Positions 29,399-39,061 of a stretch of DNA of 64,000 nucleotides are shown one piece after another. The position numbers and the translations under genes are program-made. The DNA lies in the NCBI GenBank assembly GCA_963758635.1, contig CAVWWD010000008.1, positions 1,024,001 through 1,088,000 on the forward strand, read 5' to 3'. The notes under the pieces are model-generated. The model saw nothing but the letters and a program-made list of their open reading frames with translations. It ran no database searches and was not told the DNA's origin. Numbering within the stretch: position 1 is the stretch's first letter; every line of letters starts with the position of its first letter. The stretch comes from an uncultured Candidatus Rokubacteria bacterium. GTDB lineage: Bacteria > Methylomirabilota > Methylomirabilia > Rokubacteriales > CSP1-6.

Positions 29399-30565
29399 TC
29401 AGACGGGGACGGTGATCTCCCGGACGTAGTCGCGACGGAGCGTGAGGCCCAGGCCGGGGCGCGTCGGAGCCAGCACGTGGCCGTCGACCAGCTCGAACCC
29501 CTCCTCCGTCAGCTCGTTCAGCAGCGGGTTCTCGCCCCGTGAGAACTCGACCAGGTTGGCGTTCGGCACCGCGATGCACAGATGCAGGCCGGCCGCGAAC
29601 AGCACCGCGCCTCCCCAGAGATGGGGCGCGACGGTCAGCTCGTGGGCGGCGGCGAGGGCGGCGATCCGGAGCGTCTCGGTGAGGCCTCCCGCGATCGCCA
29701 GGTCCGGCTGGCAGATGTCGACGGCGCGCGCCTCGATGAGGTCACGGAAGGCGAAGCGGGTCTGCTCGCTCTCGCCGGCCGCGATGGGGATGTCGGTAGC
29801 CGCGCGCACCTCGGCCTGGCCGCGCACGTTCTCCGGGGACACGGGCTCCTCGATCCAGCCCAGGTCGTACGGCTCCACCTTGCGGGCGAAGCGCTGCGCG
29901 TCGCGGACGCTCCACGTGCCGTGGGCGTCCACCATGATCCCGATGTCGGGGCCCAGCGCCTCCCGCACCTCGCGCACGCGCGACGCGGAGTCGTCGACGT
30001 TCCGGTCCTGGAGGCCCACGCGCATCTTCACCGCCCGGTGTCCGCGCTCCACGTACTGCAGGAGCTGCTTGCCGATCTGGCCCACCGGCGCCCAGCCACC
30101 CGAGGCGTAGGCCGGCACGCGGTCACGCGACATGCCGCCGAGGAGGCGCCACACCGGCTGGCCGAGCGACTGCCCGAGGAGGTCCCACAGCGCGATGTCC
30201 ACGCCGCTGATCGCGCTCATCGTGATCCCGCGGCGGCCCACGGTGGGGAAGGTGCGGCCCTCGCGGAGCGCGTAGTGGTGGCGCGTGCCCGCGTAGAGGG
30301 TCTCCCAGAGCCGCGTGATGTCGCGCGCGTCCTGACCGACGAGGGCGGGGGCCAGCTCCTCGCGGATCAGCGTGACCACGGCCGCGTAGTTGCCCAGGTT
30401 GCCGACGCCCACCTTGGCCTCGCCGAGCCCGACGAGCCCGGCGTCGGTCTCCACCTCGACCAGGCACGTGTTGAACGAGTCGTTCCGGCCGAAGTCGCTC
30501 ACGTGCGCGCGGTCGGCGGGGATGCGGGCGCGGAGCCACGACGCGCGGACGGCGGTGATCTTCAT
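29399..30565 (-). CDS. Mandelate racemase/muconate lactonizing enzyme family enolase
   Basis: SGVDIALWD, KMRVG, MVDAH, WIEEP, AGES, APH. Confidence 0.92.
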   Translation of the reverse strand: MKITAVRASWLRARIPADRAHVSDFGRNDSFNTCLVEVETDAGLVGLGEAKVGVGNLGNYAAVVTLIREELAPALVGQDARDITRLWETLYAGTRHHYALREGRTFPTVGRRGITMSAISGVDIALWDLLGQSLGQPVWRLLGGMSRDRVPAYASGGWAPVGQIGKQLLQYVERGHRAVKMRVGLQDRNVDDSASRVREVREALGPDIGIMVDAHGTWSVRDAQRFARKVEPYDLGWIEEPVSPENVRGQAEVRAATDIPIAAGESEQTRFAFRDLIEARAVDICQPDLAIAGGLTETLRIAALAAAHELTVAPHLWGGAVLFAAGLHLCIAVPNANLVEFSRGENPLLNELTEEGFELVDGHVLAPTRPGLGLTLRRDYVREITVPV

Positions 30566-30609
30566 GGCCAGCTTCCGCGGAGTCTAGCACGCGGGCGCGC
30601 GTGGGCGGG

Positions 30610-30750
30610 GCGGCGGGGAGGCACCAGGGGTCCCGGGGCCACGCCGCACGCGTGCGCTGCCCCGCTGTAGCTGGGCTCCATCCGGGCGCGCTTGGTCCGC
30701 TGACCGATGGAGGGGAAGGGCCCCGGCGACCCCTGGTGCCTCCCCACCGC
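30610..30750. repeat. Imperfect ~31-bp inverted repeat with ~78-bp spacer in a divergent promoter region
   Basis: GCGGCGGGGAGGCACCAGGGGTCCCGGGGCC (30610-30640) vs reverse complement of 30719-30750 (1 mismatch, 1 indel). Confidence 0.8.
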
Positions 30751-30800
30751 CCACCGGCCACGCGGGGATGCGCGGCCACCGGGTGATAGCATCGGGGGCC

Positions 30801-32183
30801 GTGAGCGACGCCGCCGGACGGTCCGAGCATAGTCTCGTCGTGCTCCGGCACGACGTGGCCGCGGGCGAGATCGAGGTGCTGCTCGTGAATGGGTCTGGCG
30901 GGTTCACGCTGCCGTGCGTTGACTCCGAGGAGCGGCGGTCGGCGGACGTGCTCGAGCTGAATCGTGTCGCGCGGGCCGCGCTCGGTGTGGAGGTGTCGGT
31001 CCTGTCGTGCCTGGCCGACGAGCCGGGCACGGACGGGCGACCGCGACAGCAGGCCTACGCGCTCGACGTCCACGGCCCGTCGGGCGCGCCGCGCGGCGCC
31101 CGATGGGTCGCGTCGCGAACGCTCGGCGATCTGCCGATCGCAGAGTCACGGCATCGCGGCTGGATCGCCGCGGCGCTCGCGAGCCAGCGCGCAGACGCGG
31201 TGGCGAGAGCGGGGCGGGACTGGGTGGTGGCCGGCTGGCGCGACCGGGCGCTTGCGTGGGCGGAAGCCGCGCTCGCGCCTCACGGGATCGGCGGCGTGGT
31301 CGACGTCGAGCAGGTCCGCCTGTGGGAGTTCTCGAACCTGCTGCGGCTCCGGACGGCGGGCGGGAGCATGTTCTACCTCAAGGCCGTCTCCGAGGCGGGA
31401 CGGCATGAGGTGTGGCTCACGGCGCGGCTCGCCGCCGAGGCCCCGGCGGAGATGCCCGAGGTCATTGCCGCGGACGCGGGACGGCGCTGGCTGCTCCTGC
31501 GCGCGACCGCGGGGCCCCAGCTCACCGAGGTGGCGGAGCCCGCGTCGTGGGTGGACGCCGCCGGCGCCATCGCGCGGATCCAGGTCGCGTGGGTGGGCCG
31601 GGGCGCCGAGCTCCGCGATCTCGGCTGTCCGGCCTACGGGCTTGCCTGGCTCGCCGCCCGGATCGCGCCGCTTCTCGCCGACACCGCGGCGCTCCAGCCC
31701 GTTCACGCCGAGCCTCTGACGGCCGGCGAGGTCGAGCGCCTTCGTGCCCTCGAGCCGGAGCTCCACGCCTTGTGCGCGGAGCTGGCCGCCCTCGGCGTGC
31801 CCGACTCGATCGAGCACGGCGATCTCTGGGGCGACAACGTGATCGTCGACTCCGGAGGCCCCGTCCTGATCGACTGGGAGGACGCGAGCCTGTCGCACCC
31901 GTTCCTGAGCCCGGCGATCCTGTCGCTCCACGCCCGGCTGGTCGGCCCGCCGCTCGACGGCCCGGACACGGCGCGGGCGATCCGCGACGCGTACCTCGCC
32001 CCGTGGCGTGAGAGCGGACCACTGGCCGCCTGGCCGGCGGCGCGCGTCGAGGCCGCGTTCGACCTCGCGCAGCGCCTGGCGCCGCTCTACTACGCGGCGC
32101 AGTTCCGGGAGGGCCTGGCCCGCATCGAGACGAGCTGGGAGGTCCGCGGCTTCGCGCCGTTCTTCCTCCGACGCCTGCTGTAG
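30801..32183 (+). CDS. APH/choline-kinase-like phosphotransferase with an N-terminal Nudix-like extension
   Basis: FYLKA, HGDLWGDNV Brenner motif, LIDWED; N-terminus EVLLV...FTLP... Confidence 0.8.
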   Translation: MSDAAGRSEHSLVVLRHDVAAGEIEVLLVNGSGGFTLPCVDSEERRSADVLELNRVARAALGVEVSVLSCLADEPGTDGRPRQQAYALDVHGPSGAPRGARWVASRTLGDLPIAESRHRGWIAAALASQRADAVARAGRDWVVAGWRDRALAWAEAALAPHGIGGVVDVEQVRLWEFSNLLRLRTAGGSMFYLKAVSEAGRHEVWLTARLAAEAPAEMPEVIAADAGRRWLLLRATAGPQLTEVAEPASWVDAAGAIARIQVAWVGRGAELRDLGCPAYGLAWLAARIAPLLADTAALQPVHAEPLTAGEVERLRALEPELHALCAELAALGVPDSIEHGDLWGDNVIVDSGGPVLIDWEDASLSHPFLSPAILSLHARLVGPPLDGPDTARAIRDAYLAPWRESGPLAAWPAARVEAAFDLAQRLAPLYYAAQFREGLARIETSWEVRGFAPFFLRRLL

Positions 32184-32284
32184 GCCCGCGTCATTCGCGA
32201 ACGGAGGCGGACGTGAACTGCAGGGCGCGTCCGGTGAGCCCGGTCATGAATAGGCCGCTCGAGAGGCCCTGACCGGAGGCGCGG

Positions 32285-34954
32285 TCAGTCGACGATCACG
32301 ACCCCGCGGGGCGGCGTGGTCCGGGCGCGCCGGCCCTGCCGGCGGTCCAGGATCACGCGGACGCCTGCGTCTTCGCCCCAGCGCGACAGCAGGTAGTCGA
32401 GGAGCCCAGCGCGCTCGCGCATCAGCACGAAGAGGTGCCCGAGCTGGCGGAGCGCGGCCACCGCGGCGTCCAGGGTGAGCCCCAGGTCCATCGCGCGGCC
32501 CAGCTCGACGGCGGTCACGAGGTGTCGCTGGCGCGCGAGGGCCTCCGACTCCGAGCCGGGCAGGCCGCCCAGCGCGAGGTGGCATTGCGCGGCGAGCGGG
32601 CGAAGCGCCGCGGACTCCGCGATGGCCAGGGCCTCCTGGAGCCGGTCGGCCGCGACCTCGAGATCCGCGGGATCCTGGCGCGCGGCCACCGTGCCGAGCA
32701 GGCGTAGCGCCTCGGCCTCGTTGCCGCGCTCGTGATGGAGCCGGGCCAGGTCGAGCGCGGTCTCACCGGCGCGGCGCGCGGCGTCGATGCGGCCCGCGGC
32801 GAGCAGGCCCTCGCCCTGCTGCGCGGTCCAGCGCGCGAGGTACGCGCGCACGCCGAGCCGCTCGGTCCGCGCCACGCCGTCGGCGAGCGGCGCGAGCGCC
32901 CGGTCGGCCCGCCCGCCGCGGGCCAGCGCGATCCCCACCAGCGACGACGGGACCGGCTGCCAGACCACGAGCTGCTTCTCGCGGCAGGCGGCGAGGCTCG
33001 CCTCGAGCCGCGGCAGCGCGCGATCGAGCCGGCCACGCACCAGCCAGACGAGGCCGGCCATGGTCGAGGCGATGGCCTGGCCGTACGGGTTCTTGCCCTC
33101 CTCGGCGATCCGGACGGCGGTGGCGGCCGCGGCCTCGGCGCGGTCGAACTCGCCGAGGTCGGCGAGCGTGAACGCGAGCCATGCCGCCGAGCCCACCCGG
33201 GACACGGCCACCTGCGGCGACGAGGCGCCGGGGGCGAGCGCGGAGAGCGCGTCCAGGTTCTCGGCCAGCACGCGCTCGGCCTCGGCGCAGCGCCCCTGGG
33301 CATGCAGGCTGTAGCCCATGTAGGCGCGGGCGAGCCCGACGAGGGCGGGGTCGCCCTGGGCCTGGCCGATCGTCACGCAGCGCGCGCTGTAGCCGATGGC
33401 CGTCTCGTGCTCGCCCTTCAGGTAGTGGTAGTTGGCCAGGTAGGTGTAGACACGCGCCAGCCGCGCCTCGTCGCCGATCCGCTTGGCCAGCGCCTCGGCT
33501 TCCTGCGAGGCCTCGAGCACCTCGGGCAGGCGCCCGAGCTGGAGCAGCGGCGGGCGCATGTCCAGGCGCACGTCGATGGCCTGCTCCTGGCTCGAGCGCT
33601 CCTCCGGCATCCGCCCGAGAGCGGCGAGGGCCTGGCGGAACCGCGCGACCGCCTCGCCGTTGGCGGCGCGCACGGCGGCGCGCGTTCCGGCCTGGCGCAG
33701 GTACAGCACGGCGCGGTCCCAGATCTCGCCCCCGAGCGCGTGCTCGCCGAGGACGTTGGGCCGCGCCACCGGGTGGTCGGGGCCGAGGCCCTCGAGCGCG
33801 CCGAGCACGCGGCCGTGGAGGGCGCGGCGGCGCGCGGCCGGCATGCTCGCGTAGGCCACCTCGTGCTTGAGCGCCTGGCGGAACGACAGCTCCACGCCCG
33901 GGAACGGTCCGGTCTCGTGCAGGAACTCCGCGGCGGTGAGCCGCGCCAGGCGATCGCGCAGCGTGTCCGGCGGCAGCGCGGTGACCGCCTCGAGGATCGG
34001 CACCGGCAGCTTGATGCCGATCACCGACGACAGCTCGAGAAGATCCTGCTCCTCCGGCGAGAGGCGGCCGAGGCGCGCCGCGAGCACCGCCTGCACGGTG
34101 GCCAGGCCCTGGATCTCCGTGAGGGGCGGCGCGCTGTCAGCGTCCGCCGGGGCGTCGAGGACGCCTCGGTCCCGCAGCGCCCCCACGCACTCCTCGATGA
34201 ACAGCGGATGGCCGCCCGTGTGCTCGACCAGCACCGGGATGACGGGGGCCAGGCGCGCACTCTTCCCGAGCAGCGCCTCCAGCAGCTCGGTGGCCGCCTC
34301 CGCGGACAGCGAGTCGAGGCGGAGCGGGTTGTAGTAGGGCAGGCTCCCCCACGGCGGCGCGTACTCGGGCCGATGGCTCACGAGGAGCAGGATCGCCGAG
34401 CGCACGAGCCGCTCGACGAGGGCGTCCAGGCACGCCTGGCTCTCCGGGTCGAGCCAGTTGAGCCCCTCGCAGACGATGACGGCCGGCTCCGCGAGGCTGC
34501 CGTGGGCCAGCGCGTCGGCCACCGCTTCCACGGCGTGCTGGCGCCGGGTGGCGGGATCGAGCGTGGGCCACGCGGGGTCGGCCACGGGCACGTCGAGCAC
34601 GGACTGGAGCGCGGGCAAGGCCTCGAGCATGGCCCCGCCCGCAGCAGCGGTCCACGCGGTCAGCGCGGCGGCGACGCGCTCGGCCGGCTCGTCCTCGCCG
34701 ACCCCGAGGCGGGCGCGCAGCAGCTGCGCCACGGGCGCGTAGGACCGCAGCTCTCCGCCGGGCAGCGCGTCGCCGACGAGGATGCGCCAGCCCTGGTCCG
34801 CGGACCGGCGCGTCAGCTCGTTGAGCAGCCGGGACTTGCCCACGCCGGGCTCTCCCACGACCGCCACCACCTGTCCCTGGCCGGTGCGGGCGCGCTTGAG
34901 GGCGAGCCCCAGGAACTCGAGCTCGTCGTGGCGGTTCACGAACGGGGTGGGCAT
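32285..34954 (-). CDS. STAND-class AAA ATPase with TPR array and a short C-terminal domain
   Basis: FVNRHDEL, GEPGVGKSRL, TGGHPLFIEE, FRQALKHEVAY, helical repeats. Confidence 0.85.
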   Translation of the reverse strand: MPTPFVNRHDELEFLGLALKRARTGQGQVVAVVGEPGVGKSRLLNELTRRSADQGWRILVGDALPGGELRSYAPVAQLLRARLGVGEDEPAERVAAALTAWTAAAGGAMLEALPALQSVLDVPVADPAWPTLDPATRRQHAVEAVADALAHGSLAEPAVIVCEGLNWLDPESQACLDALVERLVRSAILLLVSHRPEYAPPWGSLPYYNPLRLDSLSAEAATELLEALLGKSARLAPVIPVLVEHTGGHPLFIEECVGALRDRGVLDAPADADSAPPLTEIQGLATVQAVLAARLGRLSPEEQDLLELSSVIGIKLPVPILEAVTALPPDTLRDRLARLTAAEFLHETGPFPGVELSFRQALKHEVAYASMPAARRRALHGRVLGALEGLGPDHPVARPNVLGEHALGGEIWDRAVLYLRQAGTRAAVRAANGEAVARFRQALAALGRMPEERSSQEQAIDVRLDMRPPLLQLGRLPEVLEASQEAEALAKRIGDEARLARVYTYLANYHYLKGEHETAIGYSARCVTIGQAQGDPALVGLARAYMGYSLHAQGRCAEAERVLAENLDALSALAPGASSPQVAVSRVGSAAWLAFTLADLGEFDRAEAAAATAVRIAEEGKNPYGQAIASTMAGLVWLVRGRLDRALPRLEASLAACREKQLVVWQPVPSSLVGIALARGGRADRALAPLADGVARTERLGVRAYLARWTAQQGEGLLAAGRIDAARRAGETALDLARLHHERGNEAEALRLLGTVAARQDPADLEVAADRLQEALAIAESAALRPLAAQCHLALGGLPGSESEALARQRHLVTAVELGRAMDLGLTLDAAVAALRQLGHLFVLMRERAGLLDYLLSRWGEDAGVRVILDRRQGRRARTTPPRGVVIVD

Positions 34955-34981
34955 GTCAGAGCCCAGGCCGGGACGGAGCGG

Positions 34982-36511
34982 CTAGATGCGCGCGGTGCGG
35001 CCGGCCCAGTAAGGGTCCCGGAGCACACGCTTGACGAGCTTTCCCGCGCTGTCCCGCGGGAGCTCGTCGTGCAACGACACCTCGCGCGGCACCTTGTAGT
35101 CCGCGACGTGCTGGCGCGCGAAGGCCCGCAGATCGTCCGCGGTCGCGGCCTGGCCGGGGCGGAGCTGCACGGCGGCATGCACGCGCTCGCCCCAGTCGTC
35201 GTCGGGCACGCCGAACACCGCCACGTCCTCCACCGCGGGGTGGCGATGGAGCGCGTCCTCGATCTCCGCGGGATAGATGTTGACCCCGCCCGAGATGATC
35301 ATGTCGCGCTTCCTGTCGCAGATGTAGTAGTAGCCCTCGGCGTCGACCCAGGCGACGTCGCCGACGGAGTGCCACTCGCCGCGCTGCGTCTGCCGGGTCG
35401 CGTCCGGGTTCTTCCAGTACCCGTCGAACATCCCGCCGAAGCGCCGCACGTGGAGCTCCCCCGGCTGCCCCACCGGCACCGGCGCGCCGTCGTCGTCGAG
35501 GAGCGCGATCTCCACGTTGGGCGCGACGGCGCCGCACGAGCCCGGCTTCCGCAGCACGTCCTCGGGACGGAGGATCGTGTTGATGCCGAGCTCGGTGGAG
35601 CCGTAGAACTCGTAGAAGCTGGGCCCGAAGTAGCGGATCGCCTCCTCCTTCACCCGCATCGGGCAGGGGGCGGCCGCCACCACGAGCGAGCGCATGGACG
35701 AGACGTTGTACCGGGCGCGCACCGCCGCGGGCAGGTCGAGGATGCGCTTGACCAGCGTCGGGGCCATGAACGTGCTCGTGCAGCGATGGCGGTGGATCAG
35801 GTCGAGGGCGTGCTCGGGATCGAACCGCTTCATGACCACGACGGTGCCGCCCAGGAGCCCCACGAACACCGCGAAGGAGCCGGGCGCGGAATGGTAGAGG
35901 GGCCCGGCGACCAGGTGGACGTGGTCGGGATGCATCATGCCGAGCGCGCGCATGAAGGCGAGCGAGACGTTCGGGTCGCTGGCGCTCCGGTAGGCGCCCT
36001 TGGGCCGCCCGGTGGTGCCGCCCGTGTAGATCATCGATCCTCCGAGCCCGAGCTCGGGATCGTCGGCGGGCGTGTCGGCGCTCCCGGAGGCGACGAGGTC
36101 GGCCAGGCTCCGGGCCCAGGGCCGCCGCTCCTCGCCCATGAGGACCCAGTGGCGCACCTTGGCCGCGCCGTCGCGCACCTGCTCGATCACGGGCAGGAAG
36201 GAGTCGCCGACGAACACGGTGCTCGCGTCCGCGTGGTCCAGGATGTACGCCACCTCGTCGGCAACGAGGCGGTGGTTCATGGGCACGGCGGCGGCGCCGG
36301 CCGCGCGCGCCGCCGCGGGCGCGAGCAGGCACTCGAGCGAGTTGTGGGCGTAGGTGACGGTGCGATCGCCCTTGCCGACGCCGAGGCCGATCAGGGCGTT
36401 GGCGAGGCGGTTCCGGCGCAGCAGGAGCTCCGCCCAGGTCCACCGGCGGTCGTCCTCCACGAGGGCGATCGCGTCGGGCTTCTGGGCGGCCTGGATCGCG
36501 ATGTGGTCCAC
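34982..36511 (-). CDS. AMP-dependent acyl-CoA synthetase
   Basis: YTGGTTGRPKG, YGSTE, GD, DRKRDMIISGG, GKLVK. Confidence 0.93.
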   Translation of the reverse strand: MDHIAIQAAQKPDAIALVEDDRRWTWAELLLRRNRLANALIGLGVGKGDRTVTYAHNSLECLLAPAAARAAGAAAVPMNHRLVADEVAYILDHADASTVFVGDSFLPVIEQVRDGAAKVRHWVLMGEERRPWARSLADLVASGSADTPADDPELGLGGSMIYTGGTTGRPKGAYRSASDPNVSLAFMRALGMMHPDHVHLVAGPLYHSAPGSFAVFVGLLGGTVVVMKRFDPEHALDLIHRHRCTSTFMAPTLVKRILDLPAAVRARYNVSSMRSLVVAAAPCPMRVKEEAIRYFGPSFYEFYGSTELGINTILRPEDVLRKPGSCGAVAPNVEIALLDDDGAPVPVGQPGELHVRRFGGMFDGYWKNPDATRQTQRGEWHSVGDVAWVDAEGYYYICDRKRDMIISGGVNIYPAEIEDALHRHPAVEDVAVFGVPDDDWGERVHAAVQLRPGQAATADDLRAFARQHVADYKVPREVSLHDELPRDSAGKLVKRVLRDPYWAGRTARI

Positions 36512-36527
36512 TCGTCAACCAACTAAG

Positions 36528-37310
36528 CTAGCCCAGGAAGTCCGCGACGGCGCGGGCGAACGCGTCGGGCTGCTCGTACGGCAGCATGTGGCCTGCCTCC
36601 GGCAGCGTCGTCACCCGCGCGCCCGGGATCAGCTCGGCCCAGCGCCGGGCGTAGGCGGGCACGATCAGCCGGTCCGACGCGCCCCAGACCACGAGGGTGG
36701 GGGCGGACAACCGGTAGAGACGCTTCGAGAGCCGGCGATTCGGGATCGGGAACAGGATCTTCCCCGCCATCGAGAGACGCCGCTGGTTGCCCAGATAGAA
36801 GTCCTTGAGCGCCTCCATGTCCGAGAGGTCGGCCCCGCCGGTGAGCAGGGCCTGACCGCGCGCCGGATCGTGGAAGAGCAGGTCCGCGAACTGGTAGGGC
36901 AGCAGCGCGAAGATGTCCGGGATCGGATGCTCGTCGAGCCAGAGGCCCGCCGCGGCGGCCAGGACCAGCTTGCCGGGATCGCGCGGAGCCAGGCACGCCA
37001 TCTCGGCCGCGATCATGCCGCCCATCGAATGGCCCACCAGGTGCGGCCGCGAGAGCCCGAGGGCGTCGGCGAGGTCCCAGCCGTGGAGCGCGAAGTCCAG
37101 CATGTCCTCGAGCAGATCCTCGCCCGTGGACTCGCCGTAGCCCGGCCACTCGGGGGCGAACACGGCGTAGCGCCTGGCGAGCTCGTCGAGGAACGGGTTG
37201 TCGGCGAGGAGGCCGCCGGCGCCGTGCAGGAAGAGCAGCGGCGCTCCGCTGCCGCCCTCGAGCACGCGGCAGCGCGTGCCCTTGCGTGTCTCGACGAGGC
37301 GCGACTTCAC
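36528..37310 (-). CDS. Alpha/beta hydrolase
   Basis: LFLHGAGG, GHSMGG, WGASD, AGH; GTG start overlaps the upstream stop. Confidence 0.9.
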   Translation of the reverse strand: MKSRLVETRKGTRCRVLEGGSGAPLLFLHGAGGLLADNPFLDELARRYAVFAPEWPGYGESTGEDLLEDMLDFALHGWDLADALGLSRPHLVGHSMGGMIAAEMACLAPRDPGKLVLAAAAGLWLDEHPIPDIFALLPYQFADLLFHDPARGQALLTGGADLSDMEALKDFYLGNQRRLSMAGKILFPIPNRRLSKRLYRLSAPTLVVWGASDRLIVPAYARRWAELIPGARVTTLPEAGHMLPYEQPDAFARAVADFLG

Positions 37311-38573
37311 CGCGGCCACTCCGCGGGCGGCTTCTCGGCGCCGGGCCTGGTCTCCTCCGGCCGCAGCCGATCGTCCATGGGGTGCATCCACCAGCGGTCG
37401 TCGTGCTTCCATTCCGGCCAGAGGTCGCGCAGGTGGGGCATGACCTTCTCGGCGAACAGCTTGGACGAGTGGCGGGTCTTCCAGTCCGGCATGTTGCCGT
37501 TGTGGAACAGGCAGAACAGATGGCCGATCCGGAGCCCGTGGATGCACTCCTCGAGCTGCTGGCGGACCGTCTCCGGGCTGCCCGCGATGATGAAGCGCTC
37601 GTCCACGAGCTGCTTCCACGTGAGGTTCTCGAGGATCTTCTGGCGCTCCATCCGGAGCTGCGACAGCGCCCCGTACTTGATCGTGGCCATCGTGCGGTAG
37701 CCGGGCGGGTCGGCGAAGCCCGGGAAAGACGTGCAGGCAGCGGTTGAAGAAGTAGAGGCAGTGCTCGGCGTAGAGGCGCTCGGCCTCGGCGTCGGTGTCG
37801 GCCACGCAGATGATCTGGGCGAAGGCGGCGCGATAGGGCGACTCGTCCTTGCCACGCGCGGCCACGCGCTCCCAGTACCCGTCCAGGAGCGACTTCCCGC
37901 GCAGGTAGCCGAAGAACGACAGGTACGAGTAGTTGTAGTCGTGGTCGAGGCAGAAGTCCCACGTCTCGATGGAGCCGCCGCCCGGGATGTAGATGGGCGG
38001 GTGTGGCTTCTGGATGGGCTTGGGCCAGCAGTTCACCCAGCGGAGCTGGTTGTACTTGCCGTCGAAGGCGAACGGCTCCTCGCGCGCCCACGCCTGCATG
38101 ATCATGTCGTGGGCCTCGCGGTACTTGTCGCGGGTCAGGGCGGGGATCTGCCCGTAGCAGAAGTTGGTGTCCATCGGCGTGCCGACGGGGAAGCCGGCGA
38201 TGAGGCGCCCGCCCGAGATGACGTCGAGCATGGCGAACTCCTCGGCCACGCGGATCGGCGGGTTGTAGCCGGCGATCGAGTTGCCGATCACGCAGAGGGC
38301 CGCGCGGGACGTCCGCCGCGCGAGGCCGGCGGCGATCAGGTTCGGCGACGGCATGAGCCCGTAGCCGTTCTGATGGTGCTCGTTGCAGCCGATCCCGTCG
38401 AACCCCAGGCTCTCGGCGTACTCGAGCTGGTCCATGTACGTGTGGTAGACGTGGTGGCCCTTCCGGGGGTCGTAGAGCGAGCTGGGGATGTCCACCCAGA
38501 CCGATCGATGGGTCTCCCGGAAGTCGTCGGGCAGGTACGGCCACGGCATGAGGTTGAACCAGGTGAACTTCAT
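37307..38573 (-). CDS. LLM-class flavin-dependent monooxygenase (frameshift near 37720)
   Basis: FNLMPWP, NEHH, MPSPNL, AEEFAMLD, PKPIQKPHPP. Confidence 0.9.
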
Positions 38574-38817
38574 GGGAGGACCTCCGCGCGTTGGAATTGC
38601 GCGGATTCTAGCACGCTGGCCCGCCGGGAACTTTTGCGCGGCCGGCCAGTTCGCCATGGTCCGATCCGACCCGGCCGTGTCGTTTCGACGCGCTCGGGCC
38701 GCCGTCCCGTCACGCGAAACCGCGTCCCGCACGGGAGAGTCGTCCTGTATTGCGCCGGTCGGACGCAGGGTTTTTCAGGCGCGACTCCGATGGCCGCGCC
38801 GCGGCCGCTGGTGGCAC

Positions 38818-38833
38818 TGGCACCTTCATTGCT
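38818..38833 (+). promoter_or_regulatory. Sigma54 (-24/-12) promoter
   Basis: TGGCAC-CTTCA-TTGCT, exact TGGCAC-N5-TTGCW consensus, ~40 bp before an RBS and ATG. Confidence 0.75.
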
Positions 38834-38871
38834 CACCGACCGGCGCCAGCCGTCGATCGAGGGGAGGCGCC

Positions 38872-39029
38872 ATGACGCGAGGAGCGAGGAGGCGCGCAAG
38901 CGGTAGAGTCGGATCGTTGTGGCGGCGCTGGCCGCCGTGGTGTCTGTGACCGGAGGCTGCGCCACGAGCCGAGAGAGCTGGTGGGGCAAGGCCATCACGG
39001 TGAGCCCGGATCGGATCTTCCAGAACTGA
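38872..39029 (+). CDS. Putative small lipoprotein (one frameshift)
   Basis: RBS GGGAGG; basic N-terminus then IVVAALAAVVSVTGG-CATSRESWWGKAITVSPDRIFQN* with a lipobox-like Cys. Confidence 0.45.
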
Positions 39030-39061
39030 GCCACGATCCGCGGCCCGGAGGGAACGAGGAC

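Noticed and set aside
32285..34954. Avs-type antiviral STAND
   Set aside because: No nuclease, TIR, SIR2 or protease effector. The sequence resembles regulatory cyclase-associated STANDs.
36528..38732. 734-aa LLM-hydrolase fusion ORF
   Set aside because: Produced by one frameshift near 37720. The LLM C-terminus is in another frame and ends at 37307, overlapping the hydrolase GTG.
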